Source: Thermoanaerobaculia bacterium (lineage in GTDB: Bacteria > Acidobacteriota > Thermoanaerobaculia > UBA5066). Taken from it: 64,000 nt of DNA. The stretch spans positions 160,001-224,000 of the forward strand of contig CAWFJJ010000008.1 of NCBI GenBank assembly GCA_963816185.1, given 5' to 3'. The translations under genes and the position numbers were made by a program. Shown here piece after piece: positions 21,569 through 31,653 of this stretch (position 1 is the stretch's first letter; each line of letters starts with the position of its first letter). Under the pieces are notes generated by a model, which had not been told where the DNA came from, made no database searches, and worked only from the letters and a program-made list of their open reading frames with translations.

Positions 21569-22898
21569 CGTTGTAGAGATACGGCTCGCGCCACACGGAG
21601 AGGACAAGACTCGAGCGCGAGAACCCTCCTTCGACCGATTTCGCGAGCTCCTCGACGGTCTTCACCTTTCGGTTGTTCACGGCGAGGAGCAGGTCGCCCC
21701 GGTCGAGCCCCTTGTCGTCGGCAGGGGAGTTGCGCGTCACGGAGACGACCATGGGCCCGTCGCGCGTGTCGCGCACGCCGACACCGAGCTCGCGCCTCAG
21801 GATCTCCAGACCGAGGTCATCGGGCGTGCGTTCGGTCGTGAGACGGACGGTCCGGTCGCGGCCGTCGCGCCGGAAGGCGACCGCGAGCGTGCGCCCCGTG
21901 CCGACGGAGGCGAGGGCCGTGTCGAAATCCTCCCGTCCCTCGATGGAGCGGCCGTCGATCGAGACGATGACGTCTCCGGGCTCGAGGCCCGCGCGCGCGG
22001 CGGGCGAATTGGGGTAGACCGAGCGCACGCGGAGCCCCTGCCCGTGCGATTGAAAGCGCGGATTTCCAAGCCCGACGGTCGTTCCCCTCAGGCCCAGCCA
22101 GACGGACTTGACCTCGCCGTAATGAAGTAGCTCGTCGACGACGCGCCGCGCCCGATCGATCGGGATCGCGAACCCGATCGTGTTCGCGCCGCCCACGATC
22201 GCCGTGTTGATGCCGATCAGCTCGCCGAGGATGTTCACGAGCGCGCCGCCGGAATTGCCGGGATTGATCGCGGCGTCGGTCTGCAGGAAGTCCGAGTAGT
22301 TGCGCCCGGACTCGCCTCTCACGGTGCGGTGCACCGCCGAGACGATCCCCGTCGTGACCGAGTTCGACAGGCCGAACGGGTTGCCGATCGCGATCACGGT
22401 CTCTCCGATCATCAGGTCCGACGTCGTCCCGATCTTCGCGGCCCTGAGGTTCTTCGGATCGACCGTCAGCACGGCGAGGTCGTTGTCGGCATCCGCGCCC
22501 TCCAGCTTCGCCTCCAGCTCGCGCCCGTCGGCCGTCGTGACCCAGATGCTCGAGGCGCCCGAGATGACGTGGTCGTTCGTGACGACCACGCCGGAGGCGT
22601 CGAGGATCACGCCGGAGCCGAGGGACTCGGTCTTGTAGCCGCGCGGGCGCACGTCGAAGTCGAAGAAGGAATCGAGGGCGCTCCGGCGCTGCTGGACGAG
22701 CCTCTCGGCGGAGATGTTGACGACGGCCGGCCCGATCTTCTCGACGGCCTCGACGATCGGCGTGCGCCGGGCGGCGCGCGTTCCCGGCGCTGCGGAAGCG
22801 GGAGGCGGAACGGAATGCTGCGCGAGGGCCCCCGGCGAGAGGATAGCGAGGGTGAGGAGGAGGGCGAGGCTTGACATTTCTTTTCGGGCTCGCATCAT
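21549..22898 (-). CDS. HtrA/DegP-family serine protease with two PDZ domains
   Basis: TNDHV, DLAVL, QTDAAINPGNSGG; signal peptide (start may be 22877). Confidence 0.9.
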   Translation of the reverse strand: MMRARKEMSSLALLLTLAILSPGALAQHSVPPPASAAPGTRAARRTPIVEAVEKIGPAVVNISAERLVQQRRSALDSFFDFDVRPRGYKTESLGSGVILDASGVVVTNDHVISGASSIWVTTADGRELEAKLEGADADNDLAVLTVDPKNLRAAKIGTTSDLMIGETVIAIGNPFGLSNSVTTGIVSAVHRTVRGESGRNYSDFLQTDAAINPGNSGGALVNILGELIGINTAIVGGANTIGFAIPIDRARRVVDELLHYGEVKSVWLGLRGTTVGLGNPRFQSHGQGLRVRSVYPNSPAARAGLEPGDVIVSIDGRSIEGREDFDTALASVGTGRTLAVAFRRDGRDRTVRLTTERTPDDLGLEILRRELGVGVRDTRDGPMVVSVTRNSPADDKGLDRGDLLLAVNNRKVKTVEELAKSVEGGFSRSSLVLSVWREPYLYNVTFGLE

Positions 22899-22931
22899 TG
22901 TTACTCGATAAAGTCGAAGGGGTTTTTAGTC

Positions 22932-23345
22932 ATTCTAAACACGCGGCAGAAAAAAGCAGTTCAGGCGCTCGTCGAGCTCGTCTACCGCGCGGGCCCGGAC
23001 GTGACGTCGGCTCAGCTCGCGGTCTGGCTCGAGCTGTCGCGCGATTCCGTGCACCAGCTCCTGCTGCCGCTCGTGAGGAGCGGCTGGGTCGCAGCCGGCC
23101 GCGGGCGCAACGGCGGTTATCGGCCGACGCCGCTCGCGCCCACCGCCACGACGCTCTCGGTCGTCTCTCTCTACTCGCGCGAGGGCCGCGAACCGGGTCC
23201 CGAGCAGTCGACCATGCCCGGCGCCATCCAGAGGTTGGACCGGGAGCTGTCGGAGACGCACCGGCGGTATCTCTCGGGGGTCACGATCGCGAGTCTCGTG
23301 GCCGAGGTGAAGGCCGAGCGCGAGGAGCTGACGTACTCGATCTGA
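22932..23345 (+). CDS. Rrf2-family regulator (CymR-like); start codon uncertain
   Basis: RGRNGGY wing motif; frame extends upstream of GTG 23001 as ILNTRQKKAVQALVEL (Rrf2 helix 1); directly upstream of cysK. Confidence 0.75.
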   Translation: MLNTRQKKAVQALVELVYRAGPDVTSAQLAVWLELSRDSVHQLLLPLVRSGWVAAGRGRNGGYRPTPLAPTATTLSVVSLYSREGREPGPEQSTMPGAIQRLDRELSETHRRYLSGVTIASLVAEVKAEREELTYSI

Positions 23346-23429
23346 AGAGGGATGCATCGGATGCCTTCCCGCAGGGATCTCTAGCAAGTCGCGCGCCCGC
23401 CAAACCGACGCACTCCAAGGGGGAAAATC

Positions 23430-24395
23430 ATGAGAATTGCCGCGGACATCACGAAGCTGATCGGGAATACGCCGCTCGTGAGGCTCAATCGGCTGACGGC
23501 GGGGATCGCGGAAGGCGCGACGGTCGCGGCGAAGCTCGAGTTCTTCAACCCGGCGCATTCCGTCAAGGACCGCATCGGCGTCTCGATGATCGACGCGCTC
23601 GAGAAGGCGGGAAAAATCGCGCCGGGCAGGAGCGTCCTCATCGAGCCGACGTCGGGGAACACCGGCATCGGCCTCGCGTTCGTCGCGGCCGCCCGCGGCT
23701 ACCGCCTGATCCTCACGATGCCGGAGACCATGTCCATCGAGCGCCGCAAGGTCCTCCGGCTCCTCGGCGCCGAAGTCGTACTGACGCCGGGACCGATGGG
23801 AATGAAGGGCGCGATCGCAAAAGCGCAGGAGCTTCTCGCAGAGTACGGGCCGAACGGCGTCCAGCCGCAGCAATTCGAGAGTCCGGCAAACCCGGCGATT
23901 CACGAGGCCACGACCGGCCCCGAGCTATGGAACGACACGGACGGCAAGATGGACGTCTTCGTGGCCGGCGTAGGTACGGGTGGCACGATCACCGGCGTGG
24001 GGCGATTCTGGAAGCCGAAAAAGCCGTCGCTGAAGATCATCGCCGTCGAGCCCGCGAGCTCGGCCGTGATCTCGGGCGGCGCGCCGGGCCCGCACAAGAT
24101 CCAGGGCCTCGGAGCCGGGTTCATTCCGAAGAACCTCGACAGGGCATTCGTCGACGGGACCTTCCAGGTCTCGAACGAGGAGTCGTTCGCGATGGCCCGC
24201 CGCCTTGCGAAGGAGGAGGGAATCCTCGGCGGAATTTCTTCCGGTGCCGCGGCGCACGCGGCCGTCGAGATCGCGAAGCGTCCCGAGAGCGCCGGGAAGC
24301 TCATCGTCTTCATCGTCCCCGACACCTCGGAGCGCTACGTCTCGACGGACCTCTTCAAGGAGGAGGAAGTGCCGGCGGGGGCGATGGCCATATAG
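23430..24395 (+). CDS. cysK: cysteine synthase A
   Basis: [37 protein letters not shown]. Confidence 0.95.
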   Translation: MRIAADITKLIGNTPLVRLNRLTAGIAEGATVAAKLEFFNPAHSVKDRIGVSMIDALEKAGKIAPGRSVLIEPTSGNTGIGLAFVAAARGYRLILTMPETMSIERRKVLRLLGAEVVLTPGPMGMKGAIAKAQELLAEYGPNGVQPQQFESPANPAIHEATTGPELWNDTDGKMDVFVAGVGTGGTITGVGRFWKPKKPSLKIIAVEPASSAVISGGAPGPHKIQGLGAGFIPKNLDRAFVDGTFQVSNEESFAMARRLAKEEGILGGISSGAAAHAAVEIAKRPESAGKLIVFIVPDTSERYVSTDLFKEEEVPAGAMAI

Positions 24396-24413
24396 CGCAC
24401 CCCCGCCCGAGAG

Positions 24414-24893
24414 TCACTTCTTCTTGGCCTCGAGCGCGGGCTTCACGGGCGTGATCTTGATCGCCTTCGGCTTCGTCTCCTCGCGCTTCGGCAGCTCGAC
24501 GGTGAGAACGCCGTTGTCGAACGCGGCCGAGATGTGCTCGCTGTCGACATTCGACGGGATCGTGAAGGAGCGGACGAACTTCCCATAGCTCCTCTCGACG
24601 CGGTGGTAGTTCTCGTCGTCGTTGTTCTTCTCGAACTTGCGCTCCCCCTCGAGAGAGAGGACGCCGTCCTCGAAGCGGAGCTGAATCTGGCTCTCGTCGA
24701 AGCCGGGCAGCTCGGCCTTCAGGATCGTCTTGTCCTTCGTCTCCATGATGTCGACGGGCGGAGCCCACGTCCCGGTGAAGAGCTCCTCCTCGTTCCGGGT
24801 CGGGCGCGTGAGCGTCAAGTCGAACGCCTGGTTCAGGCGATTCTGAAGAGTCGCGAGCTCACGGAAGGGGTCGTTCCAGCGGATCAGGTTCAT
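24414..24893 (-). CDS. Hsp20/alpha-crystallin small heat-shock protein
   Basis: ERSYGKFVRSF, NGVLTVELPK. Confidence 0.92.
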   Translation of the reverse strand: MNLIRWNDPFRELATLQNRLNQAFDLTLTRPTRNEEELFTGTWAPPVDIMETKDKTILKAELPGFDESQIQLRFEDGVLSLEGERKFEKNNDDENYHRVERSYGKFVRSFTIPSNVDSEHISAAFDNGVLTVELPKREETKPKAIKITPVKPALEAKKK

Positions 24894-24911
24894 TTTTCTT
24901 TCCTCCTTGGG

Positions 24912-27533
24912 TCACCGGGCCTTCGTGGCGGCCCGTTCTGCGGTCTCGGTCCGGAACTCCAGCGCCGAGCCCCCCGGAGCGAGCACGAGGGTGACCGCGG
25001 AACCCTCGTGGATGTCGCCTGCGAGGAGCTTCAGCGCCAACGGGTCCTGGACGAGCTTCTGGATGTTTCGCTTGAGAGGGCGGGCTCCGTAGACGGGGTC
25101 GTACGCCTCGCGCGCGAGCCACGTTCTCACCGGGTCCGTCCACGAGAGCTTCACGCCGCGCCCGGCCACGAGCTCGGCGACGCGCCGGAGCTGCAGGCCG
25201 ACGATCTGCTCGATGTCGGCGAGGTCGAGACGCCGGAAGACGACGATGTCGTCGATCCGATTCAGGAACTCGGGCCGGAAATGGTTGCGCAGCTCGGCCT
25301 CGACGCGCGTCTTGAGCGCCTTCTCGTCGACGCCCTGCATCTCCTGGATGATCGGGCTCGCGACGTTCGAGGTCATGATGATGACGACGTTCTTGAAGTC
25401 CACGGAGCGGCCCTTGCCGTCGGTCAGACGCCCGTCGTCGAGCACCTGCAGAAGGACCGACCACACGTCGGGATGGGCCTTCTCGATCTCGTCGAAGAGG
25501 ACGACGGAATAGGGTCGGCGGCGCACGGCTTCCGTGAGTTGGCCGCCCTCGTCGTGTCCGATGTAGCCGGGAGGCGCCCCGATCATGCGGGAGACGGTGT
25601 GCTTCTCCTGGTATTCGGACATGTCGAGTCGGACCATCGCGTGCTCGTCGTCGAACAGGAACTCCGCGAGCGCGCGGGCGAGCTCGGTCTTCCCGACGCC
25701 CGTGGGGCCGAGGAAGAGGAACGAGCCGATGGGCCGCCGCGGGTCTTTCATGCCGGCGCGCGCCCGCCGGACGGCCGCGGACACGGCCTGGACGGCCTCG
25801 TCCTGCCCGATCACGCGCAGCTTCAGCCGCTCGTCCATCTTCAGGAGCTTCTGCGTCTCGCCCTCGACCATCTTCGAGACCGGGACACCGGTCCACTTCG
25901 AGACGATCGCGGCGATGTCCTCCTCTTCCACCTGCTCGCGCAGGATGGCGCCGTTCTTCTGAAGGTCGGCGAGGCGGGCGGAGGCCTTTTCGAGGTCCTT
26001 CTGGAGCTTCGTGAGCGTGCCGTAGCGCAGCTCGGCGGCTTTGTTCAGGTCGCCCTGGCGCTCGGCGGCCTCGGCCGCGACCTTCGTCTCGTCGAGCTTC
26101 TTCTTGAGGTCCCGGATGACGGTGATGGCGTCTTTTTCGGCTTTCCAGCGGGACTTCATTCCGGCCGAGCGCTCCTTCAGCTCCGCGAGGGCGCGCTCGA
26201 CGTTCTTGAGCCGCTCTTTCGCGGCCTTCGCGTCGTCCTTCTGGAGAGCCTTCTTCTCGATCTCGGCCTGCAGGATGCGCCGCTCGACCTCGTCGATCTC
26301 CGTCGGCATGGAGTCGATTTCCATCTTGAGCTTGCTGGCCGCCTCGTCGACCAGATCGATGGCCTTGTCGGGCAGGAAGCGGTCGGCGATGTAGCGGTCG
26401 GACAGCGTCGCCGCGGCGACGAGCGCTCCATCGGTGATCTTCACCCCGTGGTGGACCTCGTAGCGCTCCGCGAGCCCGCGCAGAATGGCGATCGTGTCCT
26501 CGACGGACGGCTCCCCGACGAGCACGGGCTGGAAGCGCCTCTCGAGCGCGGGGTCCTTCTCGATGTGCTTTCGATACTCGCCGATCGTCGTCGCCCCGAT
26601 CGCGCGCAGGTCCCCGCGGGCGAGCGCGGGCTTCAGCATGTTGCCCGCGTCCATCGCGCCCTCGGCGGCGCCCGCGCCGACGAGCGTGTGCAGCTCGTCG
26701 ATGAAGAGGATGACCTTCCCGTCCGACTCCTCGACTTCCTTGAGGACCGCCTTGAGGCGCTCCTCGAACTCGCCGCGGAATTTCGCGCCGGCGACCATCG
26801 CGCCGAGGTCGAGCGAGACGACGCGCTTGTTCTTCAGGGTCTCGGGAACGTCGCCCGAGGCGATACGACGCGCGAGCCCCTCGACGATTGCGGTCTTGCC
26901 GACTCCCGGGTCTCCGATGAGGACGGGGTTGTTCTTCGTGCGCCGCGTCAGGACCTGCATCACGCGGCGGATCTCTTCGTCGCGGCCGATGACCGGATCG
27001 AGCTTGCCCTTCCGGGCGAGCTCGGTGAGGTCCTTCGCGTAGCGCTTCAGGGCCTGGTACTTCTCCTCGGCATCGGGGTCCGCCACGCGGCTTCCGCCAC
27101 GCACGTCCTTGAGGGCGGCGAGAAGAGAAGCCTCCGAGAGGCCCCGCGCGAGGAGAACTTTCGCGGCTCTGGATTTGCCGTCGCGCAGGAGAGCGAGAAA
27201 GAGGTGCTCGCTCGCGATGTAGTCGTCCTTGAACTCTCCCGCGATCTTCTCGGCGAGGTCGATCAGCCTCACGAGGGCGGGAGAAAAGTGCGGCTCCGCC
27301 CCTTCGCCCTGAACCCTCGGCAGCTTCGCGAGCTCTTTCTCGACGTCCTGATTCGCGAGCCCCGGCGCCACGCCCACCCGCTCGAGAAGCGCGGGTACGA
27401 CCCCTTCGTCCTGAAGCAGCAGCGCCTGCGTGAGGTGCTCCGGCGTGGCTTCGGGATGCCCCTCGGTGCGGGCGGCCTGGGAAGTCTTCTGGAGGGCCTC
27501 CTGAGCCTTGTGAGTAAAGCGCTCGATGTTCAT
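24912..27533 (-). CDS. clpB: ATP-dependent chaperone ClpB
   Basis: Two AAA modules ([16 protein letters not shown]) plus coiled-coil middle domain. Confidence 0.96.
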   Translation of the reverse strand: MNIERFTHKAQEALQKTSQAARTEGHPEATPEHLTQALLLQDEGVVPALLERVGVAPGLANQDVEKELAKLPRVQGEGAEPHFSPALVRLIDLAEKIAGEFKDDYIASEHLFLALLRDGKSRAAKVLLARGLSEASLLAALKDVRGGSRVADPDAEEKYQALKRYAKDLTELARKGKLDPVIGRDEEIRRVMQVLTRRTKNNPVLIGDPGVGKTAIVEGLARRIASGDVPETLKNKRVVSLDLGAMVAGAKFRGEFEERLKAVLKEVEESDGKVILFIDELHTLVGAGAAEGAMDAGNMLKPALARGDLRAIGATTIGEYRKHIEKDPALERRFQPVLVGEPSVEDTIAILRGLAERYEVHHGVKITDGALVAAATLSDRYIADRFLPDKAIDLVDEAASKLKMEIDSMPTEIDEVERRILQAEIEKKALQKDDAKAAKERLKNVERALAELKERSAGMKSRWKAEKDAITVIRDLKKKLDETKVAAEAAERQGDLNKAAELRYGTLTKLQKDLEKASARLADLQKNGAILREQVEEEDIAAIVSKWTGVPVSKMVEGETQKLLKMDERLKLRVIGQDEAVQAVSAAVRRARAGMKDPRRPIGSFLFLGPTGVGKTELARALAEFLFDDEHAMVRLDMSEYQEKHTVSRMIGAPPGYIGHDEGGQLTEAVRRRPYSVVLFDEIEKAHPDVWSVLLQVLDDGRLTDGKGRSVDFKNVVIIMTSNVASPIIQEMQGVDEKALKTRVEAELRNHFRPEFLNRIDDIVVFRRLDLADIEQIVGLQLRRVAELVAGRGVKLSWTDPVRTWLAREAYDPVYGARPLKRNIQKLVQDPLALKLLAGDIHEGSAVTLVLAPGGSALEFRTETAERAATKAR

Positions 27534-27540
27534 CGAGGCC

Positions 27541-27585
27541 AATATAGGATCTGCTTACGTTATTGTCAAGGAATACCTAACGTAA
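27541..27585 (-). promoter_or_regulatory. clpB-hsp20 promoter with flanking inverted repeat
   Basis: TTGACA-N17-TATATT 7 nt before ATG; TTACGTTA-N15-TAACGTAA (27555-27585) brackets the -35. Confidence 0.7.
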
Positions 27586-28317
27586 CATATATAGATTTAG
27601 GACGTCGACTAAACCAGCCTCAGCGAATCCCTTAGCCCGAATCAAACAGGAGTCACAGGTTCCACAGGGCCGGCCATCCTTTCCGGGGTCGTAGCACGAC
27701 GTCGTAAGGCGGGTGTCGAGTCCGAGGGCGAGCGCGAAGCGGACGATGTCCGCCTTCGACATATGAAGGAGCGGCGCGCGGATCGCAAAGCTCCCGCCCT
27801 CGACACCGGCTCGCGTCCCGAGTTTCGCGACGCGCTCGAACGCCCTCAGGAATGCCGGGCGGCAGTCGGGATAGCCGGAGTAATCGAGGGCGTTGGCGCC
27901 GATGACGATCTCCGTCGCGGCGATCGACTCGGCGACGCCGAGCGCGAACGCGAGAAAGAGCGTGTTGCGGGCGGGGACGTATGTGATAGGGATCCGCACT
28001 TTTCCAAGCGCCTTCTTGGGGACGCGAATTGAGCTGTCGGTCAACGCGGATCCGCCGAGCGCGCCGAAGGCCGGGATCCCGATCACGCGATGCGAGGCGA
28101 CTCGGTACTGCCGCGCGAGAGCGCGCGCCGCGCGGAGTTCGACGCGGTGACGCTGCCCGTAGTCGAAGGAGAGTGCATGCACCGTCCAGCCCCAGCGCGA
28201 CACGAGCGCGAGGCACGTCGCGGAATCGAGACCACCGGAAAGAAGAAGAACCGCGGTCCTTCGACCCTTTGCCGGTGCTTTCGGAAGTGGCGCCGGAGAG
28301 AGAGATTTCTTTCTCAT
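27577..28317 (-). CDS. queC: 7-cyano-7-deazaguanine synthase
   Basis: LLSGGLDSAT, YVPARN, YSGYPDCR, SCY..CGTCDSC; nearest ATG lies at the edge of the repeat element. Confidence 0.92.
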   Translation of the reverse strand: MRKKSLSPAPLPKAPAKGRRTAVLLLSGGLDSATCLALVSRWGWTVHALSFDYGQRHRVELRAARALARQYRVASHRVIGIPAFGALGGSALTDSSIRVPKKALGKVRIPITYVPARNTLFLAFALGVAESIAATEIVIGANALDYSGYPDCRPAFLRAFERVAKLGTRAGVEGGSFAIRAPLLHMSKADIVRFALALGLDTRLTTSCYDPGKDGRPCGTCDSCLIRAKGFAEAGLVDVLNLYMLR

Positions 28318-28443
28318 ATGCGGCGGCTGCTGATGCAGCCGCCGATAGATGGAAAATCTTCTTCCCGAATGGCCGATGTCAAGGGCGCGCTTCGCGCGCC
28401 GCAAGGCGGTCTCTGACCCTTGACATCAGCCATTCGGGAAATA
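28313..28443. repeat. structured repeat element, copy 1 (queE-queC intergenic)
   Basis: 35 nt identical to 49112-49146; 10-bp hairpin plus 24-bp stem enclosing two mini-hairpins. Confidence 0.85.
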
Positions 28444-28473
28444 CGCATTTCTTGATCTTTTCCGATCCTCTCC

Positions 28474-29133
28474 TCATCTCCCGGGTACGTCCCCCCAGAG
28501 CAGCTTGTGTACCTGCAAGTTCAGCCTCAGCTTCCTCTTCGAATCCCGCACCCACTCCGCGGCGTCCGCTGCGACCGGCGACGAGCCGCCTTCGAAGACC
28601 GGCGAGATCAGGACCGCGTGTTTCTTGTCGAGGTCGTGCGCCCCGACGAGGGCGACGGCCCAGTCGAAGTCTTCGCGATCCTTGACGACGAACTTGATCT
28701 CGTCCCTCGGGCCGAGAAGCTTCAGGTTCTGGAGGTCGTTGTGTGGCTCCATTCCCGAACCGGGGCACTTCACGTCGACGATCTTGAGGATGCGCGGGTC
28801 GACGCGGTCGAGCGGGACGTGTCCCCCCGTTTCGACGAGCACGGTGTATCCCAGGTCGCAGAGCGCGGCGGAGAGCGGATAGAAACCTTCCTGCTCGAGT
28901 GGCTCCCCTCCCGTCAGCTCGACGAGCGGCGCGCCCAAGCGCTCCACTTCCGCGAGGACTTCGTTCACCCGCATGGTTTTCCCGCCCTGGAACGCGTAGG
29001 CGCTGTCGCACCAGACGCAGCGCAGGCTGCAGCCCGTCAGGCGCACGAACGAGCAGGGGAGACCCGCGAACGTGGACTCTCCTTGAAGGCTTCGGAAGAT
29101 CTCGGTGACGACGAGCGCCGGGACGTCGGCCAT
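28474..29133 (-). CDS. queE: 7-carboxy-7-deazaguanine synthase (radical SAM)
   Basis: EIFRSLQGES, GCSLRCVWCDS, TGGEPL, LQVHK. Confidence 0.92.
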   Translation of the reverse strand: MADVPALVVTEIFRSLQGESTFAGLPCSFVRLTGCSLRCVWCDSAYAFQGGKTMRVNEVLAEVERLGAPLVELTGGEPLEQEGFYPLSAALCDLGYTVLVETGGHVPLDRVDPRILKIVDVKCPGSGMEPHNDLQNLKLLGPRDEIKFVVKDREDFDWAVALVGAHDLDKKHAVLISPVFEGGSSPVAADAAEWVRDSKRKLRLNLQVHKLLWGDVPGR

Positions 29134-29184
29134 CGGGCCGACGATAGCGCCATGGCCGCGCGGGGCGCGGCCATAATCGCCGTC

Positions 29185-29979
29185 GTGAGGCTTCGGCTCG
29201 ATCTGGCATATCTGGGGACGTTCTTCGAAGGCTGGCAGGTGCAGGCGCCCCGCGAAGGCGGCGCCCGGCCGCGCACGGTCCAGGGCGTTCTGGAAGATTC
29301 TTTGAATGAGATTTTGAAGGCGGAGGTGCGCGTCCACGGCGCCGGCCGCACCGACTCCGGCGTTCACGCCGATGCGCAGGTCGCGCACGCGGACCTTCCC
29401 CCCGCCTCGCCCTCAATACCATTCGAAGGATTGCGGCGTGGCCTGAACTCGAAGCTTGCCGAAGACGTGCGGGTCCTGAGTGTCTCTGAAGCAGCCCCCG
29501 ACTTTCACGCCCGCCGCTCCGCGATCGGCAAGGTATACGTCTACCGCCTGAGGCGTGGCGACTTCCTCCACCCTCATCGCGGACTCATCGAGGCCCTCGC
29601 CTCCGAGCCGCTCGACGTCGCGGCGATGCGTGCCGCGGCGGCGACGCTCGTGGGGCGACGCGACTTCGCACCGTTCTCTCTCACGGGCTCAGACCCCGGA
29701 ACGACCGTTCGCACACTCGCGCGGCTGGACGTTCAGGAGGAGGCTTCTCTTCTCGTCATCACGGCGGCCGGGGACGGCTTTCTACGTGGCATGGTCCGCC
29801 GGCTCGTCGGGACTCTCCGGGATGTGGGCCGGGGCCACGTTCGTCCCGAGGACGCGCTCGCGAGACCGGGGCCGACTGCAGAAGCGCGCGGCCTCACTCT
29901 CGCGAGGGTTCTGTATCCCCCGGAGACGCTCCCGGCCAGCTTCCCGGCCGCTGCCGTCACACCCGTTTCGTCGGGATAG
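29185..29979 (+). CDS. truA: tRNA pseudouridine(38-40) synthase
   Basis: GWQ, GAGRTDSGVHA, FHAR, GFLRGMVR. Confidence 0.92.
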   Translation: MRLRLDLAYLGTFFEGWQVQAPREGGARPRTVQGVLEDSLNEILKAEVRVHGAGRTDSGVHADAQVAHADLPPASPSIPFEGLRRGLNSKLAEDVRVLSVSEAAPDFHARRSAIGKVYVYRLRRGDFLHPHRGLIEALASEPLDVAAMRAAAATLVGRRDFAPFSLTGSDPGTTVRTLARLDVQEEASLLVITAAGDGFLRGMVRRLVGTLRDVGRGHVRPEDALARPGPTAEARGLTLARVLYPPETLPASFPAAAVTPVSSG

Positions 29980-30016
29980 AATGCACGTTCGGGAGCGTGT
30001 TTCGCCCCCGACGTCA

Positions 30017-30850
30017 ATGATCGACAAGGATTCCATTGCCGCGCCGGGCACGCCCGACCGGGCGCTTCTCGACGCTCTCGACCTGGGCCGCCTTCCGCGG
30101 CACGTGGCCGTCATCATGGACGGCAACGGGCGTTGGGCACGGCAGCGGCGCCTGCCGCGCGTCGAAGGTCATCGTGCGGGGATCGACTCCGTGCGCGCGA
30201 CGGTCGAGACGGCCGCGCGCCTCGAGCTCACGGCGCTGACGCTCTACGCGTTCTCCGTGGAAAACTGGAAGCGTCCCCACCTCGAGGTCGCGACGCTCAT
30301 GGCCCTCCTGAAGGAATACCTGCGGCGAGAGCTCAAGACGCTCCTCGACAACGACATCGTCTTCCGTGTGGTGGGACGCATGGACGGCCTCGATTCCTCC
30401 GTCCAGAGAGAGCTCGAGCACGCGCTCGCCGCGACCGCCCATGGAAAGGGCATGATCTTCAACATCGCCCTCAACTACTCGGGCCGCGCCGAGCTCGCCG
30501 ACGCGATGCGGGCGCTCGCAAAAAAAGTGAAGGCCGGCGCTCTACGTCCCGAGGACATCGACGAGGCTGCGATCGAAGGAGAGCTCTACACGGCCGGGCT
30601 ACCCGACCCTGACCTCCTCATCCGGACGAGCGGCGAGATGCGCATCTCGAACTACCTGCTCTGGCAGATTGCGTATGCCGAGATCCACGTGACCCCCGTG
30701 CTTTGGCCCGACTTCAGGGCCAGGCACTTTCTCGAGGCTCTGGCCGAATTCCAGAAGCGGGAGCGCCGTTACGGCGGCGTCTCGGAGTCGGAAGAAAGGC
30801 GGGACGAGGTCGCGGCGCCGGCGGCGCATCCGGCGGCCGCGTCGCGATGA
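30017..30850 (+). CDS. uppS: undecaprenyl diphosphate synthase
   Basis: IMDGNGRWA, FSVENWKRP, IRTSGEMRISNYLLWQ (alternative ATG at 29981). Confidence 0.93.
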   Translation: MIDKDSIAAPGTPDRALLDALDLGRLPRHVAVIMDGNGRWARQRRLPRVEGHRAGIDSVRATVETAARLELTALTLYAFSVENWKRPHLEVATLMALLKEYLRRELKTLLDNDIVFRVVGRMDGLDSSVQRELEHALAATAHGKGMIFNIALNYSGRAELADAMRALAKKVKAGALRPEDIDEAAIEGELYTAGLPDPDLLIRTSGEMRISNYLLWQIAYAEIHVTPVLWPDFRARHFLEALAEFQKRERRYGGVSESEERRDEVAAPAAHPAAASR

Positions 30851-31653
30851 GATTCCAGAGAGAGATCACGGCCGCGGTGCTCATCCCCGCGGTCCTCGCG
30901 GTGCTCGTGGCGGCTCCTCTCTGGGCGTGGGCTCTGCTTGTGGCCGCGGCGACGACGCTCGCCCTTCTCGAGTTCTACCGGCTCATCGAAGCTGCGGGAT
31001 GGGTCGTGCCGAAGTCCGCAGGCGTCGGGCTCTTCCTCGCCCTCGTCGCGGCGGCGTATCTGGCCTCTCTGCTCATGCTCGTCGTTCTCGCGGGCGTCGC
31101 GCTTTTCGCGCTCCCGACGCTCGTCATGTTCGCGTCGCCGCGCGAGGCGGTGCTCCTGGCGTCGTCCGCGTCGTCCGTCTTCGCGACGCTCTACGTCGCC
31201 CTGGGCGCGGGCGCGATGGTGGGTCTCAGGGTCCACGGCTGGAAGCCGGTGTTCTTCGTCCTCGCGACCGTCTGGGCAAGCGACTCGGCTGCGTACTACG
31301 TCGGCCGGAAATGGGGCAAGAGAAAGCTCGCGCCGGTCGTGAGCCCCGGGAAGACCGTCGAGGGACTCTTCGGGCAGCTCGCAGGGGGCGCCGTCTTCGG
31401 GCTCGCCATCTCGCTCCTTCTCGGGAACGGGCCGTCCGCGGCTTTCGGCGCGGCAGCGGGCCTTCTCATCGCGGGTCTTGCCGTCGTCGGGGACCTCCTG
31501 GAATCCACGTTCAAGAGAAGCTGCGCCGTGAAGGACTCAGGCGGGATCCTGCCCGGTCACGGAGGGCTCCTCGATCGGCTCGATTCGCTCCTCTACGTCT
31601 CGCCGGCCGTGCTCCTCCTTCTCACGGTCCTGCCGGAGTCGCTGCCGCGATGA
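30847..31653 (+). CDS. cdsA: phosphatidate cytidylyltransferase
   Basis: SPGKTVEG, KDSGGILPGHGGLLDRLDS. Confidence 0.92.
   Translation: MRFQREITAAVLIPAVLAVLVAAPLWAWALLVAAATTLALLEFYRLIEAAGWVVPKSAGVGLFLALVAAAYLASLLMLVVLAGVALFALPTLVMFASPREAVLLASSASSVFATLYVALGAGAMVGLRVHGWKPVFFVLATVWASDSAAYYVGRKWGKRKLAPVVSPGKTVEGLFGQLAGGAVFGLAISLLLGNGPSAAFGAAAGLLIAGLAVVGDLLESTFKRSCAVKDSGGILPGHGGLLDRLDSLLYVSPAVLLLLTVLPESLPR

Noticed and set aside
28313-28443. preQ1 riboswitch upstream of queC
   Set aside because: Lacks the compact preQ1-I hairpin with A-rich tail, and a second copy sits inside an unrelated gene
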